A stretch of 64,000 nt of DNA from Candidatus Saccharimonadales bacterium (GTDB lineage: Bacteria > Patescibacteriota > Saccharimonadia > Saccharimonadales > 2-12-FULL-41-12), in assembly GCA_036276755.1 (NCBI GenBank), contig DASUOG010000005.1:13777-77776 (forward strand), written 5' to 3'. Positions 29,806 through 37,764 of the stretch are shown one piece after another. The notes under the pieces are model-generated. The model was not told where the DNA came from and made no database searches. It saw only the letters and a list, made by a program, of their open reading frames with translations. Position 1 is the stretch's first letter. Every line of letters starts with the position of its first letter. The translations under genes were made by a program, and so were the position numbers.

Positions 29806-30558
29806 TTATTCTTGTTCGTCAGGGACTTCAAGCATATAGCCTATACCGAATAAGGTTTTTAAAAGTTCTTCTTTCCCATAAACCTTCAGCTTGGTTCTCA
29901 CTTTCCCCACCATAACCCTTAGTGACGAGGTATCGTGTATCACGCCTGTTTCTCCCCATATGGCAGCATATAACTCTTCAGTCGTACAGGCTTGATTGCG
30001 CCTATCGGACAAGAATTTCAAAAATTGTCTTTCTTTGGAAGTGAATCGTTCCTCGGTAACTCCACCGGACACACTTATGTTACCCAGCTCATCCACAAAA
30101 AGATCCTGCACCTGTAAGATATCTTCTGTATATCTTGTCAGTAGCCATAACTCAAATACACTTTTGGTCCTAGCCAATTGAAAAACCGTTTCATTTCTTA
30201 ATTCCTCTACCAATATGACTTTTTCTCCACTTGGTGTACGTAAAACTGGTATGTCGAAGCTATGCACCGCCAGATCTCCTAGGACGGCTACGGCATTTAA
30301 TCTGTGAGCGTGGTCGCTATATATTTTTTCAACTTCAAATTCCGACGATAGCCATATAACCGTTTGGTCTTCTGCAAGACCGTCTAAACGGCTTAGAGAA
30401 TTAGCTGGGATACCTATGCGACCCCGATCGGTTACATCAACATCACACTCCAAACTCATAAGAGGTTGTCCTAGATTGCTGAGTTGAAACCCCATTGGCC
30501 GACGATCCAATCCTGGCAAATCAATCGCATCATAAACTTCTGCAGGCGATACGCTCAT
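29806..30558 (-). CDS. transcriptional regulator with C-terminal OmpR/PhoB-type winged helix (no receiver domain)
   Basis: C-terminal ~90 aa match the trans_reg_C pattern (ERQFLKFL...TTEELYAAIWG...LRVMVGKVRTKL...LKTLFGIGYML). The N-terminal 150 aa are unrelated to CheY-like receivers. Confidence 0.55.
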   Translation of the reverse strand: MSVSPAEVYDAIDLPGLDRRPMGFQLSNLGQPLMSLECDVDVTDRGRIGIPANSLSRLDGLAEDQTVIWLSSEFEVEKIYSDHAHRLNAVAVLGDLAVHSFDIPVLRTPSGEKVILVEELRNETVFQLARTKSVFELWLLTRYTEDILQVQDLFVDELGNISVSGGVTEERFTSKERQFLKFLSDRRNQACTTEELYAAIWGETGVIHDTSSLRVMVGKVRTKLKVYGKEELLKTLFGIGYMLEVPDEQE

Positions 30559-30678
30559 TCCCCGTATTCTAGTTTAGGATACACAGCTAAACAAAAGCGT
30601 TGTTATGACAACTCCACAGTAGCTCCCATAAATGCCAGGGAATATTTATGTCGACACGAGCGAAGCGTCCGTGGTTTT

Positions 30679-31158
30679 TTAGTTCAACTCTACTGTAGCA
30701 CCGGCCTCTTCTAGAGCCTTCTTTGCCGCTTCGGCGTCTTCTTTAGGCACCTTTTCCTTGATGACCTTAGGGGCTCCGTCGACCAGTGCTTTGGCTTCGC
30801 CAAGTCCCAGACCGGTTATGTCCTTGACGGCCTTGATGACGGCGACCTTTTGACCGCCTACGTCCTTCAGATTGATGTCGTATTCGTTTTTGGCTTCTTC
30901 GGCCGGAGCCTCTGCGCCTTCACCACCGGCTACCGGAGCTGCAACTGCCGCTACGGGAGCAGCCGCGCTTACACCCCAGTATTCTTCCAGAAACTTTACG
31001 AATTTACTGATTTCAAGCGCACTCATTTTGTCGAGTTGCTTGGTTATGTCGGCAAATTCCTTGGGAACCTCTACCTTTTTGGATTCTTTTGTTGAGTCTT
31101 CGGATTTGCTTTCTTCTTTCTTTTCTTCCGGTTTAGTATCTTTCGTTTCTGCTGTCAT
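30679..31158 (-). CDS. rplL: 50S ribosomal protein L7/L12 with extended acidic/Lys-rich N-terminus
   Basis: C-terminal domain [38 protein letters not shown]...[13 protein letters not shown]. About 40 extra N-terminal residues. Confidence 0.95.
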   Translation of the reverse strand: MTAETKDTKPEEKKEESKSEDSTKESKKVEVPKEFADITKQLDKMSALEISKFVKFLEEYWGVSAAAPVAAVAAPVAGGEGAEAPAEEAKNEYDINLKDVGGQKVAVIKAVKDITGLGLGEAKALVDGAPKVIKEKVPKEDAEAAKKALEEAGATVELN

Positions 31159-31172
31159 AGTTATCTCCTTTA

Positions 31173-31703
31173 TTAACTTATAGTTTCAGCGCGCGCATTC
31201 AACACCTGGAGCACGCCCTTGATGTTGCCGCTCAGTACGGTTACAAACCCTCTCTGCGGCCCGCTGAGCACACTGAGCAACTGCGCACGTAACTGTTCCT
31301 TGTTAGGCAAGGCGGCCAATTGTTTGACGTCCTCGGCTTCCAGGAATTGTCCGTCCATAGTAAGCGCTCCGACAAATTCCAAGGTTTTGTTTGCATTGGC
31401 AAATTTGGCCAAAGCTTGCGCAGGTGCCACTTCATCATCACTGTTGAAGGCATAAACAAGCTGGGAAGTCAGCTTAGCGGTGTCTATATCCTTGTACCTG
31501 GATGAAGATTGTAAGGCCTTGATGACCAAACGGTTCTTTATGACCTTGACGCTGGTACCGTTCGCTTTAGCTTGTTTGCGCAAGTTCTGCATTTGCTTAA
31601 CGCTGGTGCCTTGGTAATCAGCAATTACCGTCAGCTTCGAAGACTCCAGTAATTCGCTTACCTGACTTACTATTTCTTCTTTCTTAGCTTTCGTTAAAGC
31701 CAT
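31173..31703 (-). CDS. rplJ: 50S ribosomal protein L10
   Basis: [19 protein letters not shown]...[18 protein letters not shown]. Directly upstream of rplL. Confidence 0.95.
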   Translation of the reverse strand: MALTKAKKEEIVSQVSELLESSKLTVIADYQGTSVKQMQNLRKQAKANGTSVKVIKNRLVIKALQSSSRYKDIDTAKLTSQLVYAFNSDDEVAPAQALAKFANANKTLEFVGALTMDGQFLEAEDVKQLAALPNKEQLRAQLLSVLSGPQRGFVTVLSGNIKGVLQVLNARAETIS

Positions 31704-31899
31704 TTTGATATTCCTTGTTTAGTTTACCTTGGCAGGCTTCGACCTTAGCCGCCAGAAAGTTACCATTAAAAAATCTTTGGCGTGGAACCAAAGACTTATA
31801 ACAAAGCTTTATTTGCCTCGGCGACATTTTCAAGCGATTAAATCGACGTCGCTGTCTTTGGGTAACTATCGACTATAATAACAGATTGAGCCTGTTAAT
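31704..31899 (-). promoter_or_regulatory. rplJ leader region (probable L10-L12 autoregulatory leader / promoter)
   Basis: 196-nt untranslated gap upstream of rplJ with predicted stem-loops (e.g. ccaaagatttttt/aaaaaatctttgg). Position is equivalent to the L10 leader of other bacteria. Confidence 0.35.
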
Positions 31900-34191
31900 T
31901 CAACTTTTATCAAGTTGTGCGAGTTTCTTCTTAGTGTAACGTTCGGCGGCCAGGCGTGTCAGCTCCGGATCATCGCTCATATTGACAAATTTCATGCCTT
32001 CAGCGATCAGGGGATGCTTTTCCGCCACCATATCAAACATTGTCTTGGCAATTTTTCTATAAGCCGGGTGTCCCGCTGAACCGGTTCTTAGCTCTAAAAA
32101 GTGATAAGCCTCCCGGGCGTTGAAAGTCATTTTCCAGCGCATCCGATGGCCCAAAAGTGTCGCATATTGAGCTTCCTGTTCGTAACCGTTTTTCTGCATC
32201 AGACTGTATAATCGCAGGCTTAGATCGAAGCACTTTTCGAATTCGTCACTCAATCCGGCATCTTGGACCAGTTTAGGAACTTCATAGCCGTAACGTGGCG
32301 TGAGCATCTGCCAAGTCAGATCATCTACCATGCGATGTCTCTGCAGATCGCGGAAAATGCCGTAATCGCACAAGATGTCCCATGAATAATGTATTTTTTC
32401 AAACGCCCGGCCCGGCTTGTGACGACGGTTGAATCTTTCGCCGATATAGCTTTGGACGACTTTTTTCTTCTTATTTACCGGCCATTTATCGACTTCTTTC
32501 CTCAGTTCGGTCAATGAAAGGGAACTATGTTCATATAATATATCGGCAGCTATATCCAATTCGTTATGCGGCCAAACACTGACCAGTCTTACGGGTTCGC
32601 TATCTCCACTGATCCTCGATGGCAATAATTCATCGGCTAGAGCCTTGGTATTTTCTCTGGCAAATGCTCTGTAGCCCATTGCCAGGATGCCGCGTTCGTT
32701 AATGTCGACTCTTTCCAAAAACGCCGGTATGGTCTTGCGCGCTTCAACCAGTAGTTTCCTGCCTACCTCGTGCGCTTCAGCCAGATTGTCGCTTAGCAAA
32801 TGCATGATTAGGCTTTCTAAGGCCTGTCCCGATGCGAATATACCGACGGTTGATTTGGTAGCTACCGGCAGGACCGCCCTGGCGGCATCACAAGCCTGGG
32901 CCCTGGTCGCGCCTTTCCAGGCAACGTCGCGCTCACTCTCCGGTACGCCGGAGGTGCTTCTAACGTAATCCGTAAGTTTGGCTACCATGTATGAATAAAT
33001 ACCAAAAATCTTGTCCAGTGCCTCGTTATAAGCCTTTTCAACGTCTTTTTTAAGGTAAGGTAGCCGATGATAACGGTAATTTCCGTGCTCATCTTTTTTA
33101 TCAAAATAGATATAACGCGTTGATTGTTCAAGGTAGGAGGCCAGCCTGCCCCACTCCAGCTTTTTTGTCAGCAGGTTGCTGGCATTCTCTACTACAACGT
33201 GTTGGCCGACCAGCTGCTGAACCGAATCATCGCCATATGCGGTTATGACCTTTTTAAGTAAGCGTTCGTCCTTGGCTTCCGGACTACTGAATTCGTCCAA
33301 GATAGTTACTCTCATATCATCGCCGCGCCGGCTTAACCGGGCCATGGCAGCAGCTATCGTCTGCGAAGGAAGTCTAGTGGTGAAGGCATACACGTCATCT
33401 TGGGTATTGGTCAGAAAGGATTTCAGATATTCGTGCCCTTCGGGTGTGATCCGGGGCGGGGACTCGGTTTTGTCCAAATAGGGGTTACCCTCGTTTTTAC
33501 CTATCTTTTTTTTTAGTTTGTTGCCGTCCGGCAAGAAAACCAGCATGGTTTCCCACAACTGGTCATTGATGATCTTGGTATTTAAAATTTTGCCCGAGCG
33601 CGTGCAGTCTATCTGCTTAAAGTCCTTGGGAAACAACTGGCATAAGTTATCATAAACTTCTACCGATTTTCTAAGATGCTCCAGGCTGCTTTCGTGAATA
33701 TCTTTTGAATTACCCCTTTTGTCGACATTTCTTATCGCTATCTCAGGCGGCACGCGCAGAACAAAAGATATATCAGGCCGCGGTATTTTAAACATCTCGT
33801 ATTCTATCTGGTCCAACCATATAAAGAACCCGCGCCTTTGCTCGGCGTTGTCGAACAGAACGCCCTGGTGAGCCATATTCGACCCACTAAACCTGTCCGC
33901 GACCACTACTTTGCCTTCGGTAAGGGCCTTTTTGATACGCGCCGCGGAATGAAACCGGTCTAGAGCAAAAAACATCGAGGCAGTATACGGTCCGACTGTT
34001 GCGGGGGACCCTAAGTTACCGGCCAGATATTCCTTGATGAAATAGCTGGAAGGCTTGTTGTATTGCGGGAACTGCAAGGCTTCTACTTTGTAGCCGTTAT
34101 TTTGGAGCCTTTCAACAATAAGTTTGAACTGGGTGGATTTGCCTGACCCGTTGGTACCTTCTAAAACGATGAATGCCCCTTGGCTTCGCAT
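31900..34191 (-). CDS. tmk-thyX: fusion protein: thymidylate kinase (Tmk) domain + two tandem ThyX-like (flavin-dependent thymidylate synthase) domains
   Basis: N-terminal 210 aa: P-loop FIVLEGTNGSGKSTQ and LID motif DRFSGSNMAHQG (Tmk family). Residues ~300–520: ThyX block WGRLASYLEQSTRY (compare RHRxASYxxQSxRY) and ARAVLPVATKSTV...NLAEAHEVGRKL. Residues ~560–763: RHR motif LQRHRM...PRY and ATLLGHRMRWKMTFNAREAYHFLELR, i.e. a second ThyX core. Confidence 0.75.
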   Translation of the reverse strand: MRSQGAFIVLEGTNGSGKSTQFKLIVERLQNNGYKVEALQFPQYNKPSSYFIKEYLAGNLGSPATVGPYTASMFFALDRFHSAARIKKALTEGKVVVADRFSGSNMAHQGVLFDNAEQRRGFFIWLDQIEYEMFKIPRPDISFVLRVPPEIAIRNVDKRGNSKDIHESSLEHLRKSVEVYDNLCQLFPKDFKQIDCTRSGKILNTKIINDQLWETMLVFLPDGNKLKKKIGKNEGNPYLDKTESPPRITPEGHEYLKSFLTNTQDDVYAFTTRLPSQTIAAAMARLSRRGDDMRVTILDEFSSPEAKDERLLKKVITAYGDDSVQQLVGQHVVVENASNLLTKKLEWGRLASYLEQSTRYIYFDKKDEHGNYRYHRLPYLKKDVEKAYNEALDKIFGIYSYMVAKLTDYVRSTSGVPESERDVAWKGATRAQACDAARAVLPVATKSTVGIFASGQALESLIMHLLSDNLAEAHEVGRKLLVEARKTIPAFLERVDINERGILAMGYRAFARENTKALADELLPSRISGDSEPVRLVSVWPHNELDIAADILYEHSSLSLTELRKEVDKWPVNKKKKVVQSYIGERFNRRHKPGRAFEKIHYSWDILCDYGIFRDLQRHRMVDDLTWQMLTPRYGYEVPKLVQDAGLSDEFEKCFDLSLRLYSLMQKNGYEQEAQYATLLGHRMRWKMTFNAREAYHFLELRTGSAGHPAYRKIAKTMFDMVAEKHPLIAEGMKFVNMSDDPELTRLAAERYTKKKLAQLDKS

Positions 34192-34250
34192 ATATTCACC
34201 CCAGTCTTATATTACAGCCCACCGGTTAATGGAATAATTATAACTTACAT

Positions 34251-34751
34251 TTAAGCAAATTGCCGTCCGACGATATTTTTCAGGTGTTTTTTGTTGTATA
34301 GTTTATGGCTGTTTTTTTCCAGATAAACTTTTTTGATACCCGCTGCTAAAATAGCATTCCAGCAGGGTTCGCAAGCCCACCAATGCCCCCATAGATACAG
34401 TTCCCCGTCGCTCAGATCCTTTTTTGGATGATTGTGTAGGGCATCCACGATAGCCCGGGGTTCGCTGTGGTTTTTCGGATGACAGCCTTCGCAAAGTTCG
34501 TATCGCTGACCGGTAGGTATACCTTTTTTTACCCGCTCGCAGCCGAATTTATCGTGATAATCACTGCCGTTGGCGCCTCTGCCGATTATCTTCCCCTCAA
34601 GCACTATCACGGAGGCGGTAGGCATGGTCCGATCCAGCGAATTGCTCCTAGCAAATTCCCTGGCCGCACTCATGAACTTATTATCCCCATCGACGTAGTA
34701 AATGGTTTCGTCCTTCGGGATGAACGGATATTTTATTTCAGATTTTGCCAT
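34251..34751 (-). CDS. dCMP deaminase (cytidine/deoxycytidylate deaminase zinc-binding family)
   Basis: Zinc-binding and catalytic motif HSEPRA (H-x-E) and CEPCWNAI (PCxxC). 166 aa. Confidence 0.8.
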   Translation of the reverse strand: MAKSEIKYPFIPKDETIYYVDGDNKFMSAAREFARSNSLDRTMPTASVIVLEGKIIGRGANGSDYHDKFGCERVKKGIPTGQRYELCEGCHPKNHSEPRAIVDALHNHPKKDLSDGELYLWGHWWACEPCWNAILAAGIKKVYLEKNSHKLYNKKHLKNIVGRQFA

Positions 34752-34794
34752 TAACTCTAGTAATTATAAGGATTCTTATCTATAATCACAAGAA

Positions 34795-35631
34795 ATGGCG
34801 AGATTTGATTTTATCTACAGGTCTGTACTGGAAGACCTGATGAATAAGGGGGTGAAGGAAGTAAACAAGCGAACTGGGCATGAAACTAAGGCGCTTCCCG
34901 GAATCAGTTTTTCTATAGACTTGGAAAAAGACGGTTTTCCGCTGCTTGCCTTGAGAAAAATACCCGTAAAATTGTTCATTGCCGAGCAAGTCTGGTTCAT
35001 ATCAGGCAGTAGAAAACCGGAGATATTTTTACGAGACTATACGAAGATTTGGGATGATTTCACTAACCCGGGCGATGTAGTAACCGTAGCATACGGCTAT
35101 CGCTGGCGCAGGCATTTCGGACGCGACCAGCTGGGTAGCCTTGTTAAACTACTGGAAGAGGACAAGTCTTCCAGGCACGGGGTCATAGTAACCTGGGATC
35201 CGGCCAGTGACGGCCTGGGCGGCGTCAGCAAAAGCAACGTACCCTGTCCATTTACGTTCACGGTCAATGTAATAGGCGGTCGGTTGAATCTTATGAACGT
35301 GGTGCGCTCGAACGATATGATCCTAGGTTTTCCGCATGATGTGGCCGGTTTTGCTCTTTTGCAATGCATTTTGGCCCAAAAACTTGGAGTAAAGCCGGGA
35401 ATTTATACGCATACTATAGCGAACGCTCATATTTACGACACCCACTATCACGCCGCCGAAGAACTTATAAAACGTCCGGTTGACTCTGAACCGATAAAGT
35501 TAGAATTGCCCGAAAATAGCTTTGAGAGATCTGAACAAAAAGACCACGGGCTGGTAGATGAAATCTATGCCAGTTTGACTGCAAATTATAAGCCCGGTAA
35601 TAAATTAAAAGACTTGAAAATAATCTTATGA
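34795..35631 (+). CDS. ThyA-family paralog (thymidylate synthase / dCMP hydroxymethylase fold) with Asp at the pyrimidine-specificity position; predicted dCMP (or CMP) C5-methylase/hydroxymethylase
   Basis: Aligns along its length with ThyA. Conserved blocks: KIWDDF (folate-binding Trp), YGYRWRRHFG (Arg pair), catalytic Cys in VPCPFTF, SND...GFPHDV (Asp in place of ThyA Asn177), and AHIY. Confidence 0.8.
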   Translation: MARFDFIYRSVLEDLMNKGVKEVNKRTGHETKALPGISFSIDLEKDGFPLLALRKIPVKLFIAEQVWFISGSRKPEIFLRDYTKIWDDFTNPGDVVTVAYGYRWRRHFGRDQLGSLVKLLEEDKSSRHGVIVTWDPASDGLGGVSKSNVPCPFTFTVNVIGGRLNLMNVVRSNDMILGFPHDVAGFALLQCILAQKLGVKPGIYTHTIANAHIYDTHYHAAEELIKRPVDSEPIKLELPENSFERSEQKDHGLVDEIYASLTANYKPGNKLKDLKIIL

Positions 35632-35653
35632 GGAACATATAGTAGGTAACCAT

Positions 35654-36298
35654 ATGTCTGTTCTAACACGCGAAGATATCCTGAAGTACGTCAAAGAGGG
35701 CGGTCTCGGTTTTAAACCCGGACTCGATTCGTTCCAATTGCAAGCACACTCGGTAGACCTGAGGCTCGGTTTTACGTTTTTAGTACCGAAATCATGGTAT
35801 GTCAGCAAAGCGGGCCGCGAACAGATCCACATGGACTTTTATGCCGCTAACAAAAAAGAACACTTCGACATAGTCGAGCTGGAGCAAGGCCAATTCTTCG
35901 ACTTGCTTCCGGATGAGCACATATTGGTCTCGTCCTTGGAATCTGTCAAATTGCCGGCTGATCTTATGGGGGTAATGTATCCGCGGTCATCCACCAACAG
36001 GAAAGGTATTTCAGTTGATCAGACAGGTATAATCGACAGCGGTTATGAAGGCCAGCTGGTGATCCCGATACGCAATAATACCCAATCGCAAACCGTAAGG
36101 TTATATCCCGGTGAGCGTTTTTGCCAGATCGTTTTCCAACGTTTGAGCGGGGAGGTCAAAGCCCGAAAAAGCCGCTACCACCGAAAGGACATAATCGAAG
36201 GCGTAGACGTGGACAGTCTGGAAAATGAACGCGAAAAAGAAATCAAATTAATAACAAAAGGCGACATCAAAGAGCTTAAGAAGAGCTACCCGGTCTGA
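35654..36298 (+). CDS. dCTP deaminase/dUTPase-superfamily protein lacking the deaminase catalytic Glu (probable dUTPase/dCTPase)
   Basis: Strong similarity to Dcd (HSVDLRLG, VKLPADLMGVMYPRSSTNRKGI, GIIDSGYEGQLVIPIRN). The E. coli Dcd catalytic E138 position aligns to Pro. Confidence 0.7.
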   Translation: MSVLTREDILKYVKEGGLGFKPGLDSFQLQAHSVDLRLGFTFLVPKSWYVSKAGREQIHMDFYAANKKEHFDIVELEQGQFFDLLPDEHILVSSLESVKLPADLMGVMYPRSSTNRKGISVDQTGIIDSGYEGQLVIPIRNNTQSQTVRLYPGERFCQIVFQRLSGEVKARKSRYHRKDIIEGVDVDSLENEREKEIKLITKGDIKELKKSYPV

Positions 36299-36305
36299 AC
36301 CGGCA

Positions 36306-37271
36306 CTACAGCTTGGACGGATCGATAGCTATAGACGGACCCATGGTAGTTGCAGCATAAATTGAACGTATAAAAGCGCCTTTTACCGATGAAGGCTTGT
36401 TTTGCTTAACCGATCCGACGAGTTCGTCCGCGTTTTGCTTGAGCTTCCCGCCACCGAAACTGACCTTACCGACACCGATATGGATAATGCCATTGCCGTC
36501 TACCCGGTACTCTACTTTGCCGGCTTTTGATTGCTCGACGGCTTTTGCCACGTCCGCAGTCACCGTACCGCTCTTCGGATTAGGCATAAGTCCTTTGGGT
36601 CCTAAGATACGTGCATACTTGGCCAATTTGACCATAAGGTTCGGCATAGCTATCAAAACATCGAAGTCGGTTAATCCCTTGTCCAGCATCGCCAGAACTT
36701 CATCTTCGCCGGCGATATCGGCACCTTTAGCCTTGGCTTTTTTGGCATTGGTTTCATCGGCGAATACCGCCACCTTGACGGTTTTGCCGCTTCCGGCGGG
36801 CAATACCACGCTGTCACGTATGTTCTGATCAGCTTGCTTCGGATCGACATTCAGCCTGATGTGCAGTTCTACCGTAGCATCAAAATTCGCAGTAGACGTT
36901 TTGCATGCCAGCTCCAGAGCGTCCGCTAGGTTGTACTCCTTGTCTTTTTCAATCAGTTCGGCTGATTTGCGGTATTTCTTGCCTTTTCTTTCAAGCTTCG
37001 AACGCGGTGGTTTCTGCTGAGGTTTTTTCTCTTTGGCTGAAGGCTCAGATGACTGTGCGGTTTTACGGTCTTCTTTAGCGGTTTTTTCTTCGGTTTCACG
37101 GACCGCCGTGGCGCTTCGCTTGCCGGCTTTTGCCGTCTTTTGCTCTTCTTTTGGCTCTTCAGCCTCAGACTGGGCTTTTTCAACTGCAATTTTCTTTTTG
37201 GCTTCTTGTTTCTCTTCGTCTGCTGCCTGCTGTTTGCTGCCTGCAATTGTCTTTTTGGTCTCTTCTGCCAT
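36306..37271 (-). CDS. rplA: 50S ribosomal protein L1 with ~95-aa Lys/Glu/Ala-rich N-terminal extension
   Basis: Canonical L1 core (VELHIRLNVDPKQADQ...PKGLMPNPKSGTVT). Start placed at the internal ATG (MAEETKK), which is preceded by AAGGAG, rather than the GTG at 37319. Confidence 0.9.
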   Translation of the reverse strand: MAEETKKTIAGSKQQAADEEKQEAKKKIAVEKAQSEAEEPKEEQKTAKAGKRSATAVRETEEKTAKEDRKTAQSSEPSAKEKKPQQKPPRSKLERKGKKYRKSAELIEKDKEYNLADALELACKTSTANFDATVELHIRLNVDPKQADQNIRDSVVLPAGSGKTVKVAVFADETNAKKAKAKGADIAGEDEVLAMLDKGLTDFDVLIAMPNLMVKLAKYARILGPKGLMPNPKSGTVTADVAKAVEQSKAGKVEYRVDGNGIIHIGVGKVSFGGGKLKQNADELVGSVKQNKPSSVKGAFIRSIYAATTMGPSIAIDPSKL

Positions 37272-37329
37272 GATCACTCCTTTCGTGGTGCAGACGTCCG
37301 CCAGCTGGCGGACTCCCACAAAAAATTAA

Positions 37330-37755
37330 TTATTCTACTTCTATGCCCATACTGCGAGCCGTACCGGCGACCATTTTCTTTACGGCGTCAATATCGTCGG
37401 TATTCATATCCTTAGCCTTATTCTCGGCGATGGCGGTTAAGTCGGCATCTGATAATTTTTTATCGATTTTTTCAGTGTTCGGACGCCCGGAACCTTTTTG
37501 GATACCCAGTTTAGCCCTTATTTGTTCGTCAACCGGTTCACTAACGACTCTGAATTCCATACTTCTATCGTCATAAATCGTTATGTGGGCGGTTAAAATG
37601 CCTTTCATCTCTTTGGTCTGTTCATTGAATGGGTTGATAAAGTCCATCATGTTGACTCCGTACTGTCCCAAGGTACTGCCTACCGGCGGCGCGGCACTGG
37701 CTTTGCCCGCCGGTACACGCATCTTTAAATTTGCTTTTATTTCTTTCTCAGCCAT
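37330..37755 (-). CDS. rplK: 50S ribosomal protein L11
   Basis: MAEKEIKANLKMRVPAGKASAAPPVGSTLGQYGVNMMDF. Confidence 0.95.
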   Translation of the reverse strand: MAEKEIKANLKMRVPAGKASAAPPVGSTLGQYGVNMMDFINPFNEQTKEMKGILTAHITIYDDRSMEFRVVSEPVDEQIRAKLGIQKGSGRPNTEKIDKKLSDADLTAIAENKAKDMNTDDIDAVKKMVAGTARSMGIEVE

Positions 37756-37764
37756 GACTATCTC

